A DNA stretch of 64,000 bases from an uncultured Oscillospiraceae bacterium (GTDB lineage Bacteria > Bacillota > Clostridia > Oscillospirales > Ruminococcaceae): the NCBI GenBank assembly GCA_964370205.1, contig CAYJIK010000001.1:5783-69782 (forward strand). Direction: 5' to 3'. The notes beneath the pieces were generated by a model. That model was not told the origin of the DNA and made no database searches. It was given only the letters and a program-made list of their open reading frames with translations. This document shows, in pieces, positions 17,986 to 27,758 of the stretch. Positions within the stretch are counted from its first letter, which is position 1. Each line of letters opens with the position of its first letter. Both the position numbers and the translations under genes were made by a program.

Positions 17986-18454
17986 GATAGGTCACGGTTA
18001 TGATGTACATAAACTTGTAGAGGGGCGTAAGCTTATACTTGGCGGTGTCCATATACCGCATTGTTTAGGTCTCCTGGGGCACTCGGACGCTGATGTGCTT
18101 ACACACAGCATTATAGACAGCCTACTCGGTGCCGCCGCACTCGGGGACATCGGCAGGCATTTCCCCGATAGTGATGAACAGTATAAAGGTGCAGACAGTT
18201 TAGCGCTTCTTAGCAAAGTCTCATCAATGCTTGCAGAAAAGGGCTATGAAGTGGCGAATATCGACTGCACTATAGTAGCACAGAAACCAAAACTGTCCCC
18301 CTACATTGCCGAGATGGAGGAACGGATAGCGCAGGTCTTATCACTACCTACCGACTGGGTAAATGTCAAGGCCACCACCGAAGAAGGACTGGGCTTTACA
18401 GGTGAGCAGAAGGGGATAAGCGCATTTGCGGTCTCGCTTTTGCGGAGGATGTAG
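17972..18454 (+). CDS. ispF: 2-C-methyl-D-erythritol 2,4-cyclodiphosphate synthase
   Basis: Motifs [21 protein letters not shown] and [10 protein letters not shown]. Confidence 0.95.
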   Translation: MSMFRIGHGYDVHKLVEGRKLILGGVHIPHCLGLLGHSDADVLTHSIIDSLLGAAALGDIGRHFPDSDEQYKGADSLALLSKVSSMLAEKGYEVANIDCTIVAQKPKLSPYIAEMEERIAQVLSLPTDWVNVKATTEEGLGFTGEQKGISAFAVSLLRRM

Positions 18455-18484
18455 GAGAGTGGATTAAACTTTTAGAGATAAGCT

Positions 18485-19297
18485 ATGTTTTACAGTGCAA
18501 AAAATTGCAATATCGACATAGATGGCACTACAATGGATTATGTAACGTTTGGGAATGGTAAAAAGAACTTAATCATAATACCCGGTTTAGGAGATGCGTT
18601 AAAAACAGTTAAGGGAATGGCGTTTATTCTTTCTTTTATGTACAGGATTTTTGTTAAAGATTACAAAGTATACGTCTTCAGCAGAAAAAACAAGCTCCCC
18701 GATGACTACCGAACTAAAGACATGGCGAAAGATTTAGCTGTTGTTTTAAACAAATTGGGGATTGATAAAGCTTTTGTGCTTGGTGTTTCGCAAGGCGGCA
18801 TGATTGCTCAATATCTCGCTTTGGATCACCCTGAAATAGTGGAAAAGCTTGTACTCGCAGTTACATTATGCAGACCAAACAACACATCAAAAGCAGTTCT
18901 GAATGACTGGATAAACCCGGCTCAAGCCGGTGACTTTAAAAGTATTTTTGTTGACACTGCCGAAAAAACATATACAGAGAAAAAATTAAAACACATCAGA
19001 ATATTTTACCCACTACTTTGTAAAATCTCCAAGCCTAAAAGCCTTAACAGGTTTATTGTACAAGCAAATTCTTGTTTGAACCATGATTGCTATAACGACA
19101 TTTCAAAGATAAAATGTCCGACATTTGTAATAGGTGGCGGTGATGACAAAATTGCCTGCAAAACAGCTGCTACAGAGATGTCAAGACAAATAATTAACAG
19201 TAGACTTAAAATATATAAAGGGTATGGGCATGGCACATATGAGGAAGCAAAAGATTTTAATAATCTGGTGCTAGGTTTCTTAAATGACGGAGTATAA
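18485..19297 (+). CDS. Alpha/beta-fold hydrolase
   Basis: Nucleophile elbow GVSQGG and C-terminal GYGHG context. The gene is visibly more AT-rich than its neighbours. Confidence 0.75.
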   Translation: MFYSAKNCNIDIDGTTMDYVTFGNGKKNLIIIPGLGDALKTVKGMAFILSFMYRIFVKDYKVYVFSRKNKLPDDYRTKDMAKDLAVVLNKLGIDKAFVLGVSQGGMIAQYLALDHPEIVEKLVLAVTLCRPNNTSKAVLNDWINPAQAGDFKSIFVDTAEKTYTEKKLKHIRIFYPLLCKISKPKSLNRFIVQANSCLNHDCYNDISKIKCPTFVIGGGDDKIACKTAATEMSRQIINSRLKIYKGYGHGTYEEAKDFNNLVLGFLNDGV

Positions 19298-19448
19298 TGT
19301 TTACATTTTGGAGCTAGACACCTCTTGACGAAGTAGTTTAATAACTTGTGAGAAACAAATGTCAATTTGACGTAATATTTTAAAAAGGCTATAGAACTGT
19401 AGCTTTTTTTATGATAATATAAAAATACATAATGGTAGGGGTGAGGAT

Positions 19449-20297
19449 ATGTTTGCGGAGATAGTATCGCTGATACAGACGGTAAGCTTTCGGGATATCG
19501 TTGATGTATTGTTGGTGGCGTTTTTGATATTTCAAGCTATAAAGCTTGTGAGGGACACGAGGGCGGCGCAGCTTGTCAAAGGGCTTGCGCTTATATTGCT
19601 TTTGTATTTGGTGTCCGACTTCTTTGACCTTGTCACCATGAACTTTTTGATAGCGGCACTACTGCAGATAAGTGCCACGGCTCTGCTGGTAGTGTTTCAA
19701 CCTGAACTTAGGCGCGCGCTTGAACAGATGGGGCGCTCTCGTATAGGTAGCTCGTTTTTTCAGGCACCGTCTGATATTGATGAAGTAAACCGCCGTTGGA
19801 ATGCCGCAATTCAGGAAATCGGAGATGCTGTAAAAGAGTTGTCCGATGAAAAGACCGGCGCACTTTTAGTAATAGAGCGTCAGACCATGTTAGGCGAGAT
19901 AACCGCTACAGGCACGCTTGTGGACAGCGCTGTAAGTCAGGCGATCATTTGCAATCTGTTCTTTCCCAATTCGCCGCTTCATGACGGTGCGGTTATAGTG
20001 AGAGACGCAAGGGTGCATTCGGCAGGGTGTTTTTTGCCGCTTTCGGAAAATAATGAGATAAGCAAACAGCTGGGCACACGCCACAGAGCCGCTCTCGGTA
20101 TGAGCGAGAATTCTGATGCTATTGTTATCATCGTGTCCGAGGAGACTGGTGTGATTTCTTCTGCCCGAAACGGCAGGCTCAAGAGGGGCTACACCTCCGC
20201 TCAGCTTGTTAATGAACTTCGTTCTTTGCTTATTTCTGAAAAAAGGAAGGAAGAAAAGCAAGGCTTTAAGCCCCTTTTCATGAAGGGTAAGAAATGA
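19449..20297 (+). CDS. cdaA: Diadenylate cyclase CdaA (DisA_N domain, three N-terminal TM helices)
   Basis: Motifs GALLVIER, PLHDGAVIV and GTRHRAALGMSENSDAIVIIVSEETG. Confidence 0.9.
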   Translation: MFAEIVSLIQTVSFRDIVDVLLVAFLIFQAIKLVRDTRAAQLVKGLALILLLYLVSDFFDLVTMNFLIAALLQISATALLVVFQPELRRALEQMGRSRIGSSFFQAPSDIDEVNRRWNAAIQEIGDAVKELSDEKTGALLVIERQTMLGEITATGTLVDSAVSQAIICNLFFPNSPLHDGAVIVRDARVHSAGCFLPLSENNEISKQLGTRHRAALGMSENSDAIVIIVSEETGVISSARNGRLKRGYTSAQLVNELRSLLISEKRKEEKQGFKPLFMKGKK

Positions 20298-21577
20298 ACA
20301 TAATCAGAAATATAAACGTATATATAAAAAAGCTACTGCAAAACACCACTTTTCTACTTGTTCTGTCCGTCTTAGTGGCGTTTAGCCTATGGCTATGGGT
20401 AGTTACATTTATCGACACTAAGGTAGATGTCACGGTGAGGGACGTGCCTGTAGCAATAAATGTTGAAACCAGTGGAGCAGGTGGTTTGGGACTGGACACA
20501 ATACTTGATGAGGAAGTGCAAGTTGATGTCGAGATAAACGGAGACCGAACTGTAGTGGGCTCTATAGACGCTGACGATATCCGTATAGAGGCGGTACTCT
20601 CTGACGTTACAGGGGCCGGGGTGTGGGAACTGCGCCTTGAGGGGTATGACTACCGCATAAAAGGCTTTGACATTGTCACCCTTAACCCTTCAACCATAAA
20701 CGTACGCTTTGATTATATCCTTTCCAAGACACTACAGGTAGAGCCGCTGATTTCGGGGCTTAGCTTGCCCGAGGGTTATATTATGAGTGACGTGTTGGTG
20801 ACACCGACCGAGTTGATGGTCACCGGCCCTGCAGCAGAGCTTTCGACTGTTGATACGGCGGCTGTAACTATATCGCTCGAGGATCCGCTCACTGATGTCA
20901 CAACTGTAAACGGTGAAATCAGCTTGTTTGACCGCAATTTAATGGTCGTAGAAAATGAGTTGTTGTCTACTGATGTAAGTAATGTGTTAGTGACGATACC
21001 TGTGCTTAAGAAAAAGACGGTATCGGTGGACGCAGAGTTTGAGAACCATCCGGAGTCGTTTAGTGCGACAAGTCTTAACGATATTATAAGTCCAAACACT
21101 ATTGAAATTGTTGGTAGCAGTAGCAGTGTGGACGCAATAGAACGGTTAAGCGTAGGGCCTATAGATATGACCAAGCTACAGCCCGGGATGGAGTTTGAGT
21201 TTGAACTCAGCTTCCTGTTAGGTACAAGACCAATGGACGAGGAAGTTACCACTGCCACAGTTACTATTCCCGAGGAGGGATACTCATCGAAGATCTTTAA
21301 TGTGGAAACCGTCATGTTTGACAGCGTACCTAACGGTTTTGAGGTGGAGCTTGTTGATGAGTTTGTGCCTGAGGTGCTGGTTTACGGTCCTGAGGATATA
21401 CTGGAAAACCTTGAAGCAGAGGATCTATTCGGGGAAGTGGATTTGTTTACCTTGGAAACCGAAGAAGGTCAAATGTCAGTGCCTGTGTCAATACAGATTG
21501 ACGGAGTAAACAGCTGCTGGGTATTCGGTGAATATACAGCTACAATAGATATAACGGAAATAGTAGAAGCGTCATAA
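20294..21577 (+). CDS. cdaR: CdaR / YbbR-domain regulator of CdaA
   Basis: ATGA overlap with cdaA. It has an N-terminal TM helix followed by repeated beta-rich YbbR-like modules (V..V.V...P.G). The position matches cdaA-cdaR operons. Confidence 0.75.
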   Translation: MNIIRNINVYIKKLLQNTTFLLVLSVLVAFSLWLWVVTFIDTKVDVTVRDVPVAINVETSGAGGLGLDTILDEEVQVDVEINGDRTVVGSIDADDIRIEAVLSDVTGAGVWELRLEGYDYRIKGFDIVTLNPSTINVRFDYILSKTLQVEPLISGLSLPEGYIMSDVLVTPTELMVTGPAAELSTVDTAAVTISLEDPLTDVTTVNGEISLFDRNLMVVENELLSTDVSNVLVTIPVLKKKTVSVDAEFENHPESFSATSLNDIISPNTIEIVGSSSSVDAIERLSVGPIDMTKLQPGMEFEFELSFLLGTRPMDEEVTTATVTIPEEGYSSKIFNVETVMFDSVPNGFEVELVDEFVPEVLVYGPEDILENLEAEDLFGEVDLFTLETEEGQMSVPVSIQIDGVNSCWVFGEYTATIDITEIVEAS

Positions 21578-21650
21578 TTGAAAGGGGGTAAGCCCACATT
21601 TTAGGTCTGTGTGGTGGTTGGCTGTACAGGCTTATGATGTGGGCATAATC

Positions 21651-23231
21651 ATGTCGATTTTAGTATCTAACATTCGTCTGCCGTTTAATGTGGACGAACA
21701 CGAAGCAATATCCAAAGCGAAAGTGATAGTTGGTGACTACTCAAAACTTGTCACAACTGCGGACATTTCACGTGTGTCCATAGACGCAAGGCGGCAGGAG
21801 ATCACAAAGGTGTACACGGTGGAGCTTTCACTGACGCAGGGCGAAGAGAAAGCGGTCAGTGACATTGCTGACAACAACGTAAGGCTTAAGAAGCAGGAAG
21901 TCTTGGAGTTTTCCCATGGCGATAAACCTATTGGGGCACGACCTGTGATTGTGGGCTTCGGGCCTTCGGGTATATTCTCCGCACTTATGCTGGCAGAACA
22001 GGGTTATCGCCCGATAGTGTTTGAAAAAGGCGGAAGTGTCGAGGAGCGTGTAAAAGCTGTTCAGACATTTATCGAGAGCGGTAAGCTTAATACGCAGACA
22101 AATATTCAGTTCGGCGAGGGCGGTGCAGGTACGTTTTCTGACGGCAAGCTGACCACTCGCATAGGGGACGGTTTGACCACCTTTGTGCTTAAAACTCTCG
22201 TAGAGCACGGCGCACCGTCTGATATACTTATAAAAGCAAAGCCGCATGCGGGGACAGATATCCTGCGTGACGTCATTGTGTCGATACGCAAGCATATTGA
22301 AAAGCTCGGAGGGGAGATACACTTTAACAGCCCTGTGGACAGCTTTACAGTCAAAAGCGGAAAGATAACGGCGGTGACGGTACACGGCGCGGTTCATCCT
22401 GTCGAAAGTGTAATACTTGCGGTGGGTCATAGCGCACGCAGTACGTTTTCGGCACTTGTGAATATCGGCGCACAGCTTGCGATGAAGCCGTACTCTATAG
22501 GCTTTAGAATAGAGCATTTACAGAGCGAGATTGACAAGTCACTTTACGGCAAGCACGCCGGACATAAAGCACTCCCGCCTGCCGAGTATCAGCTTTCTCA
22601 CCGAAAAGGGGACAGAGCGGTTTACACCTTCTGTATGTGTCCGGGTGGAACGGTTGTAGCGGCGGCTTCGGAGGAAGGCGGTGTCGTCACAAACGGCATG
22701 AGCCTACATAGCCGAGACGGCAAAAACGCAAACAGCGCTATAGCAGTGTCGGTACTACCGGGTGACTTTGGAGATAGTCTTACTGATCACATCGCCTTTC
22801 AGCGAAATTTGGAGCAAAGAGCGTTTGAGCTGGGTGGTGGTAGCTTCACTGCACCTGCTTCGACAGTTGGTAGGTTTATGGGGAGGAACACACCTATAGC
22901 AAGCGTTACGCCCACTTACGAGAGGGGGGTGCTGGAAACCGACATAACAAAGCTGTATCCGCCACACCTCGTAAGCGAGTTCCGTGAGGGGCTTAACGTG
23001 TTTGGCAGAAAGCTCAAGGGGTTTGACAGCGAACATGCGGTTCTGACAGCCCCTGAAACACGTACGTCCTCGCCTGTGCGCATACTTAGGGGAGAGAACT
23101 TGCAAGCTGTCGGAGTGGAAAACCTCTACCCCTGTGGTGAGGGTGCAGGCTACGCAGGTGGTATAATGAGCGCCGCCGTGGACGGTCTAAAGGTGGCGAT
23201 GCGGATTATGTCGGAGTTTAAACCGTATTAA
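21651..23231 (+). CDS. FAD-dependent protein (COG2509-type NAD(FAD)-utilising dehydrogenase)
   Basis: Dinucleotide-binding motif VIVGFGPSGIFSALMLAE and C-terminal CGEGAGYAGGI. The N-terminus SILVSNIRLPF is typical of this family. Confidence 0.8.
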   Translation: MSILVSNIRLPFNVDEHEAISKAKVIVGDYSKLVTTADISRVSIDARRQEITKVYTVELSLTQGEEKAVSDIADNNVRLKKQEVLEFSHGDKPIGARPVIVGFGPSGIFSALMLAEQGYRPIVFEKGGSVEERVKAVQTFIESGKLNTQTNIQFGEGGAGTFSDGKLTTRIGDGLTTFVLKTLVEHGAPSDILIKAKPHAGTDILRDVIVSIRKHIEKLGGEIHFNSPVDSFTVKSGKITAVTVHGAVHPVESVILAVGHSARSTFSALVNIGAQLAMKPYSIGFRIEHLQSEIDKSLYGKHAGHKALPPAEYQLSHRKGDRAVYTFCMCPGGTVVAAASEEGGVVTNGMSLHSRDGKNANSAIAVSVLPGDFGDSLTDHIAFQRNLEQRAFELGGGSFTAPASTVGRFMGRNTPIASVTPTYERGVLETDITKLYPPHLVSEFREGLNVFGRKLKGFDSEHAVLTAPETRTSSPVRILRGENLQAVGVENLYPCGEGAGYAGGIMSAAVDGLKVAMRIMSEFKPY

Positions 23232-23242
23232 AGAGAGGGTTT

Positions 23243-23692
23243 ATGCCAAAATTCACACTGACAAATATGGTAATGATACAGGACGAAAGCACGGGCAATG
23301 TGCTTGTTCAAGAGCGAGTAAAAGCCTACCCCGGCATAGCGTTTCCCGGTGGACATGTCGAAAAAGGCGAGAGCATCTACGACAGCGCCATCCGTGAAAT
23401 CAAGGAAGAAACAGGGTTCGAAATCAAAAACTTAACGTCATACGGCTTTATTTACTGGGACTTTTTAGACGGTAGTAAGTACTTCACCTACTTCTACAAA
23501 ACCTCGGACTACAGCGGCGAAATGCTGACCGAAACAGCCGAAGGTAAGGTTCTGTGGGTTCACCCCGATGACCTTATTGGCATGAAGCTGTCCCAAAATA
23601 TGGAACATTACTTAAAAATGTTTAGCGGAGGATATACCGAGTGCTACGGTAAACAAATCTCCAAAGATGAATGGGATATCCGGTTTAGGTAA
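23243..23692 (+). CDS. NUDIX hydrolase
   Basis: NUDIX box: GGHVEKGESIYDSAIREIKEETG. Confidence 0.8.
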   Translation: MPKFTLTNMVMIQDESTGNVLVQERVKAYPGIAFPGGHVEKGESIYDSAIREIKEETGFEIKNLTSYGFIYWDFLDGSKYFTYFYKTSDYSGEMLTETAEGKVLWVHPDDLIGMKLSQNMEHYLKMFSGGYTECYGKQISKDEWDIRFR

Positions 23693-23796
23693 CTGTGCAA
23701 TCATTTAACAGCCACTATATGGTCACAATAGACTAAATTAGATACCTTCTTACATACCAAGGTTGTAGACGTTTGCATAAAACACTAATAAAACAG

Positions 23797-23825
23797 TTGA
23801 AAACAGCAAACGGTTATGATATAAT
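23797..23825 (+). promoter_or_regulatory. Sigma-A type promoter for hpf
   Basis: TTGAAA (23797-23802), 17 nt spacer, TATAAT (23820-23825). Confidence 0.55.
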
Positions 23826-23855
23826 TGTATAACTAACTAGGAATGGGGGAGTACG

Positions 23856-24401
23856 ATGAACATCGTCATAACAGCCAGAAAAACAACTCTCAAGGACTCA
23901 TTTAAGGAAAAAGTCGAAAAAAAGCTCTCCAAATTTGACCGCTTCTTCGATAGAGAAGCAGACGCAAATGTTGTGGTTACAAACGAGAAGAACCGTGAAA
24001 CAGTCGAGGTGTCCATCACATACAGAGGCATGATGTACCGCTCGGAAAAAACAACAGGGGACAGGCTTGACAGCCTTGACGCAGTGTGTGATGCACTGTT
24101 TGCGCAGATAGTCAAGAATAAGTCCAAACTTGAAAAGCGTGTGCGTCAGGCGGCATTTGATGACATGTCGGCAGTGATGACCGAAGCAAGCTCGGACGTA
24201 GAGTTTGAAGAAGAGGCGTTCGACCTCGTGAGAAACAAGGAGTTTGTAGTTCGCCCGATGGTGGTGGAAGAAGCAATACTCCAGATGAACCTTTTAGGTC
24301 ACAGCTTCTTTATGTTTGAGAACGGTGATACAGGCGAGATGAACGTAGTCTACCGCAGAAATGACGGTGGGTATGGTCTTCTGTCGCCGATTAGAGGTTA
24401 G
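23856..24401 (+). CDS. hpf: Ribosome hibernation promoting factor (long HPF)
   Basis: The N-terminal S30AE domain (MNIVITARKTTLKDSFKEKVEKKLSKFDRFF) is joined to a C-terminal dimerisation domain (VVRPMVVEEAILQMNLLGHSFFMFEN). Confidence 0.9.
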   Translation: MNIVITARKTTLKDSFKEKVEKKLSKFDRFFDREADANVVVTNEKNRETVEVSITYRGMMYRSEKTTGDRLDSLDAVCDALFAQIVKNKSKLEKRVRQAAFDDMSAVMTEASSDVEFEEEAFDLVRNKEFVVRPMVVEEAILQMNLLGHSFFMFENGDTGEMNVVYRRNDGGYGLLSPIRG

Positions 24402-24414
24402 TTTTTGATTTTTT

Positions 24415-24447
24415 ACCCCCCTGTGCTTATTTTTAGTACAGGGGGGT
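24415..24447 (+). terminator. Hairpin terminator after hpf
   Basis: CCCCCCTGT (24416-24424) pairs with ACAGGGGGG (24438-24446). The downstream T-tract is weak. Confidence 0.5.
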
Positions 24448-24552
24448 CTGACTAGTTTTATAGATAGAAACCCACTTTTACTATTACAGTAAAGTGTGGT
24501 TATTTTTGATATTCAGCTCACCCGTTTGTAAGCTGACTGAAAGGATGTAAAA

Positions 24553-25665
24553 ATGGAATACACAATAGCATGTCCCTGCCTTTTCGGGCTTGAAAGCATA
24601 CTGTCGGGCGAGGTCAAACGGATGGGCGGTCAAAACGTCGAAGTCACCGACGGCAGAGTGGTGTTCAAAGGGGACGCCGCCATGGTGGTGAAAGCAAACC
24701 TGATGTTGCGCACCGCTGAACGTGTCATGATAGTGGTGGGTAGTTTTTCGGCGGACAGTTTCACAAAGCTGTTTGACGGCTCTGCGGAACTCCCGTGGGA
24801 GAAATACATACCGCTAGGCTCAGCTTTTCCCGTCAAAGGTTGGTCGCTTCACTCTAAACTTCACAGTATACCGGACTGTCAGGCTATCATAAAGAAGTCG
24901 GTGGCAGTGAGGTTATCTAAACACTACCAAAAGGAGTGGCTACCCGAAACAGGTGCCACCTACCAGATAAGGTTCACAATACACAAGGATAATGTCATGC
25001 TCATGCTGGATACATCAGGGGAGGGGCTTCATAAGCGTGGCTACCGCCCTGTGTCCAACGCAGCGCCTATAAAGGAAACGCTTGCGGCAGGTATGATTGA
25101 CCTTGCACGTGTCAAACGTGACTCATTGCTCATTGACCCCATGTGCGGCTCGGGGACTATACTGGTGGAGGGAGCTTCTAAGGCACTTCGTATGCCGAGC
25201 GGTATAAAGCGGACATTCGTGTCCGAAACATGGGACATGTTCCCAAGAGAGCTGTGGGCAAGCGTCAAAGAGGATGTTATGTCACAGGTAAACACCGAGC
25301 ACAGCTTCTCAGCGCAAGGTTTTGACATCGACATCGGCGCAGTGGCATTATCTGCGCAAAATGCTAAAACCGCAGGCTTCTCCGACGTTGTTACAACGTC
25401 CTACAGGGAGCTTGCGAACTTTACACCGCCTGACCGCCCTTTTACCGTCATAACAAACCCACCTTACGGCGAAAGGATGTCGGATATACAGTCGGCAGAG
25501 GAGCTTTATAAGTTGATGGGACGAGTGTTTCTACCTACCGAGGGTAGCTCTTACTACATAATCAGCCCGAATGAGGACTTTGAAAAGCTGTTTGGGCGAC
25601 CTGCAAACAAGAGAAGAAAACTGTACAACGGTATGATTCGCTGTACTCTATATATGTACTTTTAA
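24553..25665 (+). CDS. THUMP-domain class I SAM-dependent RNA methyltransferase (RlmL/K-like, COG0116)
   Basis: Motifs DPMCGSGT and the NPPYGER catalytic motif, with an N-terminal THUMP-like region. Confidence 0.8.
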   Translation: MEYTIACPCLFGLESILSGEVKRMGGQNVEVTDGRVVFKGDAAMVVKANLMLRTAERVMIVVGSFSADSFTKLFDGSAELPWEKYIPLGSAFPVKGWSLHSKLHSIPDCQAIIKKSVAVRLSKHYQKEWLPETGATYQIRFTIHKDNVMLMLDTSGEGLHKRGYRPVSNAAPIKETLAAGMIDLARVKRDSLLIDPMCGSGTILVEGASKALRMPSGIKRTFVSETWDMFPRELWASVKEDVMSQVNTEHSFSAQGFDIDIGAVALSAQNAKTAGFSDVVTTSYRELANFTPPDRPFTVITNPPYGERMSDIQSAEELYKLMGRVFLPTEGSSYYIISPNEDFEKLFGRPANKRRKLYNGMIRCTLYMYF

Positions 25666-25679
25666 TCGGGGGAATACTT

Positions 25680-27710
25680 TTGAAGTTATGGAATGTTAAG
25701 TTAACAAATTCGGAGGACACCCAAGATGTCTCCAAACAACTGAATATATCCCCTATGGCAGCAGGAGTGCTAACAGCTAGAGGGTACAGCGGCACCTCTG
25801 CGGCGGAGTTTTTAAGCGTCAAAGAGCCTATCTATGACCCGTTTTTGCTAAAGGGTATGGAAGATGCAGTGCGCAACATCACCGAGCATGTGGAGCTTGG
25901 TAATCGTATAGTGGTCTACGGCGACTACGACTGTGACGGCGTTACATCCACTGCCATGCTCCATCACTACCTCGAGCAGATAGGCGCAGATATGCTCTAC
26001 TACATCCCCAAGCGTGAAAACGAGGGGTACGGCCTTAACAAGTCTGCTATTGACGTGCTAAAATCACTGGACACCGACCTTATTATCACGGTAGATAACG
26101 GCATATCGTCAGTGGCTGAAGTGGAGTACGCCCACTCGCTCGGTATCGAAGTGGTTATAACCGACCACCACATGCCGGGGCCTGAGATACCAAAGGCGAA
26201 AGCAGTAGTAAACCCACATCAACCGGGCTGTGAATACCCCAACAAAGCGCTGTGTGGAGCAGGAGTAGCGTTTAAGCTGATATGCGCACTGGAAGGCGAC
26301 AAAGGTTATGAAATGCTTGAGCAGTATGCTGACCTGCTCGCAATAGGCACACTGGCGGACGTTGTTGATATAATAGGAGAGAACCGTGTATTTGTAAGCC
26401 GTGGAATTGAGCTTATGCGTGAACATCTCAGCCCGGGGCTTGAGGCACTGCTTCATGCGGCAGGTGCAAACCAAGAGGATATTAACTCGGAATTTGTCCA
26501 GTTTATAATAGCACCACGTATTAATTCGGCAGGTCGTATGGATGTCGCTGACACCGCTGTTATGCTACTGCTCAGCGAGAGCGACGAAGAAAGCGAAGAG
26601 CTTGCAAGCGAACTGGAAAGGCACAACAGAAACCGCCGAGAAACAGAACGACTGATCACAGCAGACATTGACGAAATGCTCACAAAGGATAAGCTCCTTT
26701 CACGCAGACGTCTGGCGGTGTTCTGTGGAAAGGGTTGGCATAAAGGGGTAATAGGCATTGTGGCGGCTAGGATGGTGTCACGGCTTAGATGTCCTGTAAT
26801 ATTGATCGCTATAGATGAAGATGGCACTGCAACCGCTTCGGGGAGAAGTGTCGAGGGGTTCTCGCTTATAGAAGCGATTTTTGCCTGTAAGGCAGAGCTG
26901 ACAAAGTACGGCGGACACCCTATGGCGGTCGGTTTCAGTTTACCTGAGGAAAATATAGATAAATTCATAGCACTCACAGAAAGCTACACCGCAAGACTAT
27001 TCCATCACATGCCACCCGTTTCGTTGGCAGTGGACCTTATGGTCTCTCCGACTGACCTCACTGTAAGCGGTGTGAAATCGCTATCAGCACTGGAACCGTT
27101 CGGTGCCGCTAACCCTGTACCTGTAATGGCGGTGAGCGACTGTACTGTCAAGCGAATAACCTCACTTTCCGAGGGCAAGCATCAAAAGCTACTACTCGAA
27201 AAAGAGGGTACTACCTTTGAAGTGCTGTTCTTCTCAACACGTAAGGACAGACTATGCTGCGAAGTGGGGGACAGAGTAGAGGTTGCATTTACTGCTTCGG
27301 TGGATGTATACAGAGATGTAGAGCGAGTGAGCCTAAAAGGTGACGACATAAGACCGATGGGTCTTGACGCTAAAGCAGTGAATGAAGACATTCAAAAGCT
27401 GCTATGCTTTGAGCGAAATGAGATAGCAAATCTAACCCCTCCGACAAGAGAGAAGGTGGGGGAGGTCTACCGCCTGATAAAGCAGTACAGCGAAAACAGC
27501 TACAACCCTTTAAGGTTGTACAGCAAAGCACTGCTACAAACAGATAACCTAAGCTACTTTGAGTTTAGCATAGCGATTAAAGCACTGAGAGAGCTGTCAC
27601 TAATAGAAGTGCTATCGTCGGGGAAGGATAGAATAGTGAGGGCTGTCCCAAATCCTAAAAAAACCGATTTACAGTCCGCCCCGACACTCAAGAGGTTTTT
27701 ACTTGCTTAA
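25680..27710 (+). CDS. recJ: Single-stranded-DNA-specific exonuclease RecJ
   Basis: TTG start. DHH motifs are VYGDYDCDGVTS, ITVDNG and ITDHH; the DHHA1 motif is GGHPMAVG. Confidence 0.9.
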   Translation: MKLWNVKLTNSEDTQDVSKQLNISPMAAGVLTARGYSGTSAAEFLSVKEPIYDPFLLKGMEDAVRNITEHVELGNRIVVYGDYDCDGVTSTAMLHHYLEQIGADMLYYIPKRENEGYGLNKSAIDVLKSLDTDLIITVDNGISSVAEVEYAHSLGIEVVITDHHMPGPEIPKAKAVVNPHQPGCEYPNKALCGAGVAFKLICALEGDKGYEMLEQYADLLAIGTLADVVDIIGENRVFVSRGIELMREHLSPGLEALLHAAGANQEDINSEFVQFIIAPRINSAGRMDVADTAVMLLLSESDEESEELASELERHNRNRRETERLITADIDEMLTKDKLLSRRRLAVFCGKGWHKGVIGIVAARMVSRLRCPVILIAIDEDGTATASGRSVEGFSLIEAIFACKAELTKYGGHPMAVGFSLPEENIDKFIALTESYTARLFHHMPPVSLAVDLMVSPTDLTVSGVKSLSALEPFGAANPVPVMAVSDCTVKRITSLSEGKHQKLLLEKEGTTFEVLFFSTRKDRLCCEVGDRVEVAFTASVDVYRDVERVSLKGDDIRPMGLDAKAVNEDIQKLLCFERNEIANLTPPTREKVGEVYRLIKQYSENSYNPLRLYSKALLQTDNLSYFEFSIAIKALRELSLIEVLSSGKDRIVRAVPNPKKTDLQSAPTLKRFLLA

Positions 27711-27758
27711 AAGAACTAAACATTACACTATTACATATTACATAGGGAGGTTTAATCT

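Noticed and set aside
21828-22517. A 229 aa ORF antisense to the FAD-dependent protein gene. Similar long antisense ORFs occur at 62891-63529, 53259-53861, 37890-38456, 26453-26977 and 28308-28871.
   Set aside because: All lie entirely within well-supported genes on the opposite strand. They have Arg/Cys/Lys/Tyr- or Ser-rich low-complexity composition typical of antisense frames, and they lack SD sequences.
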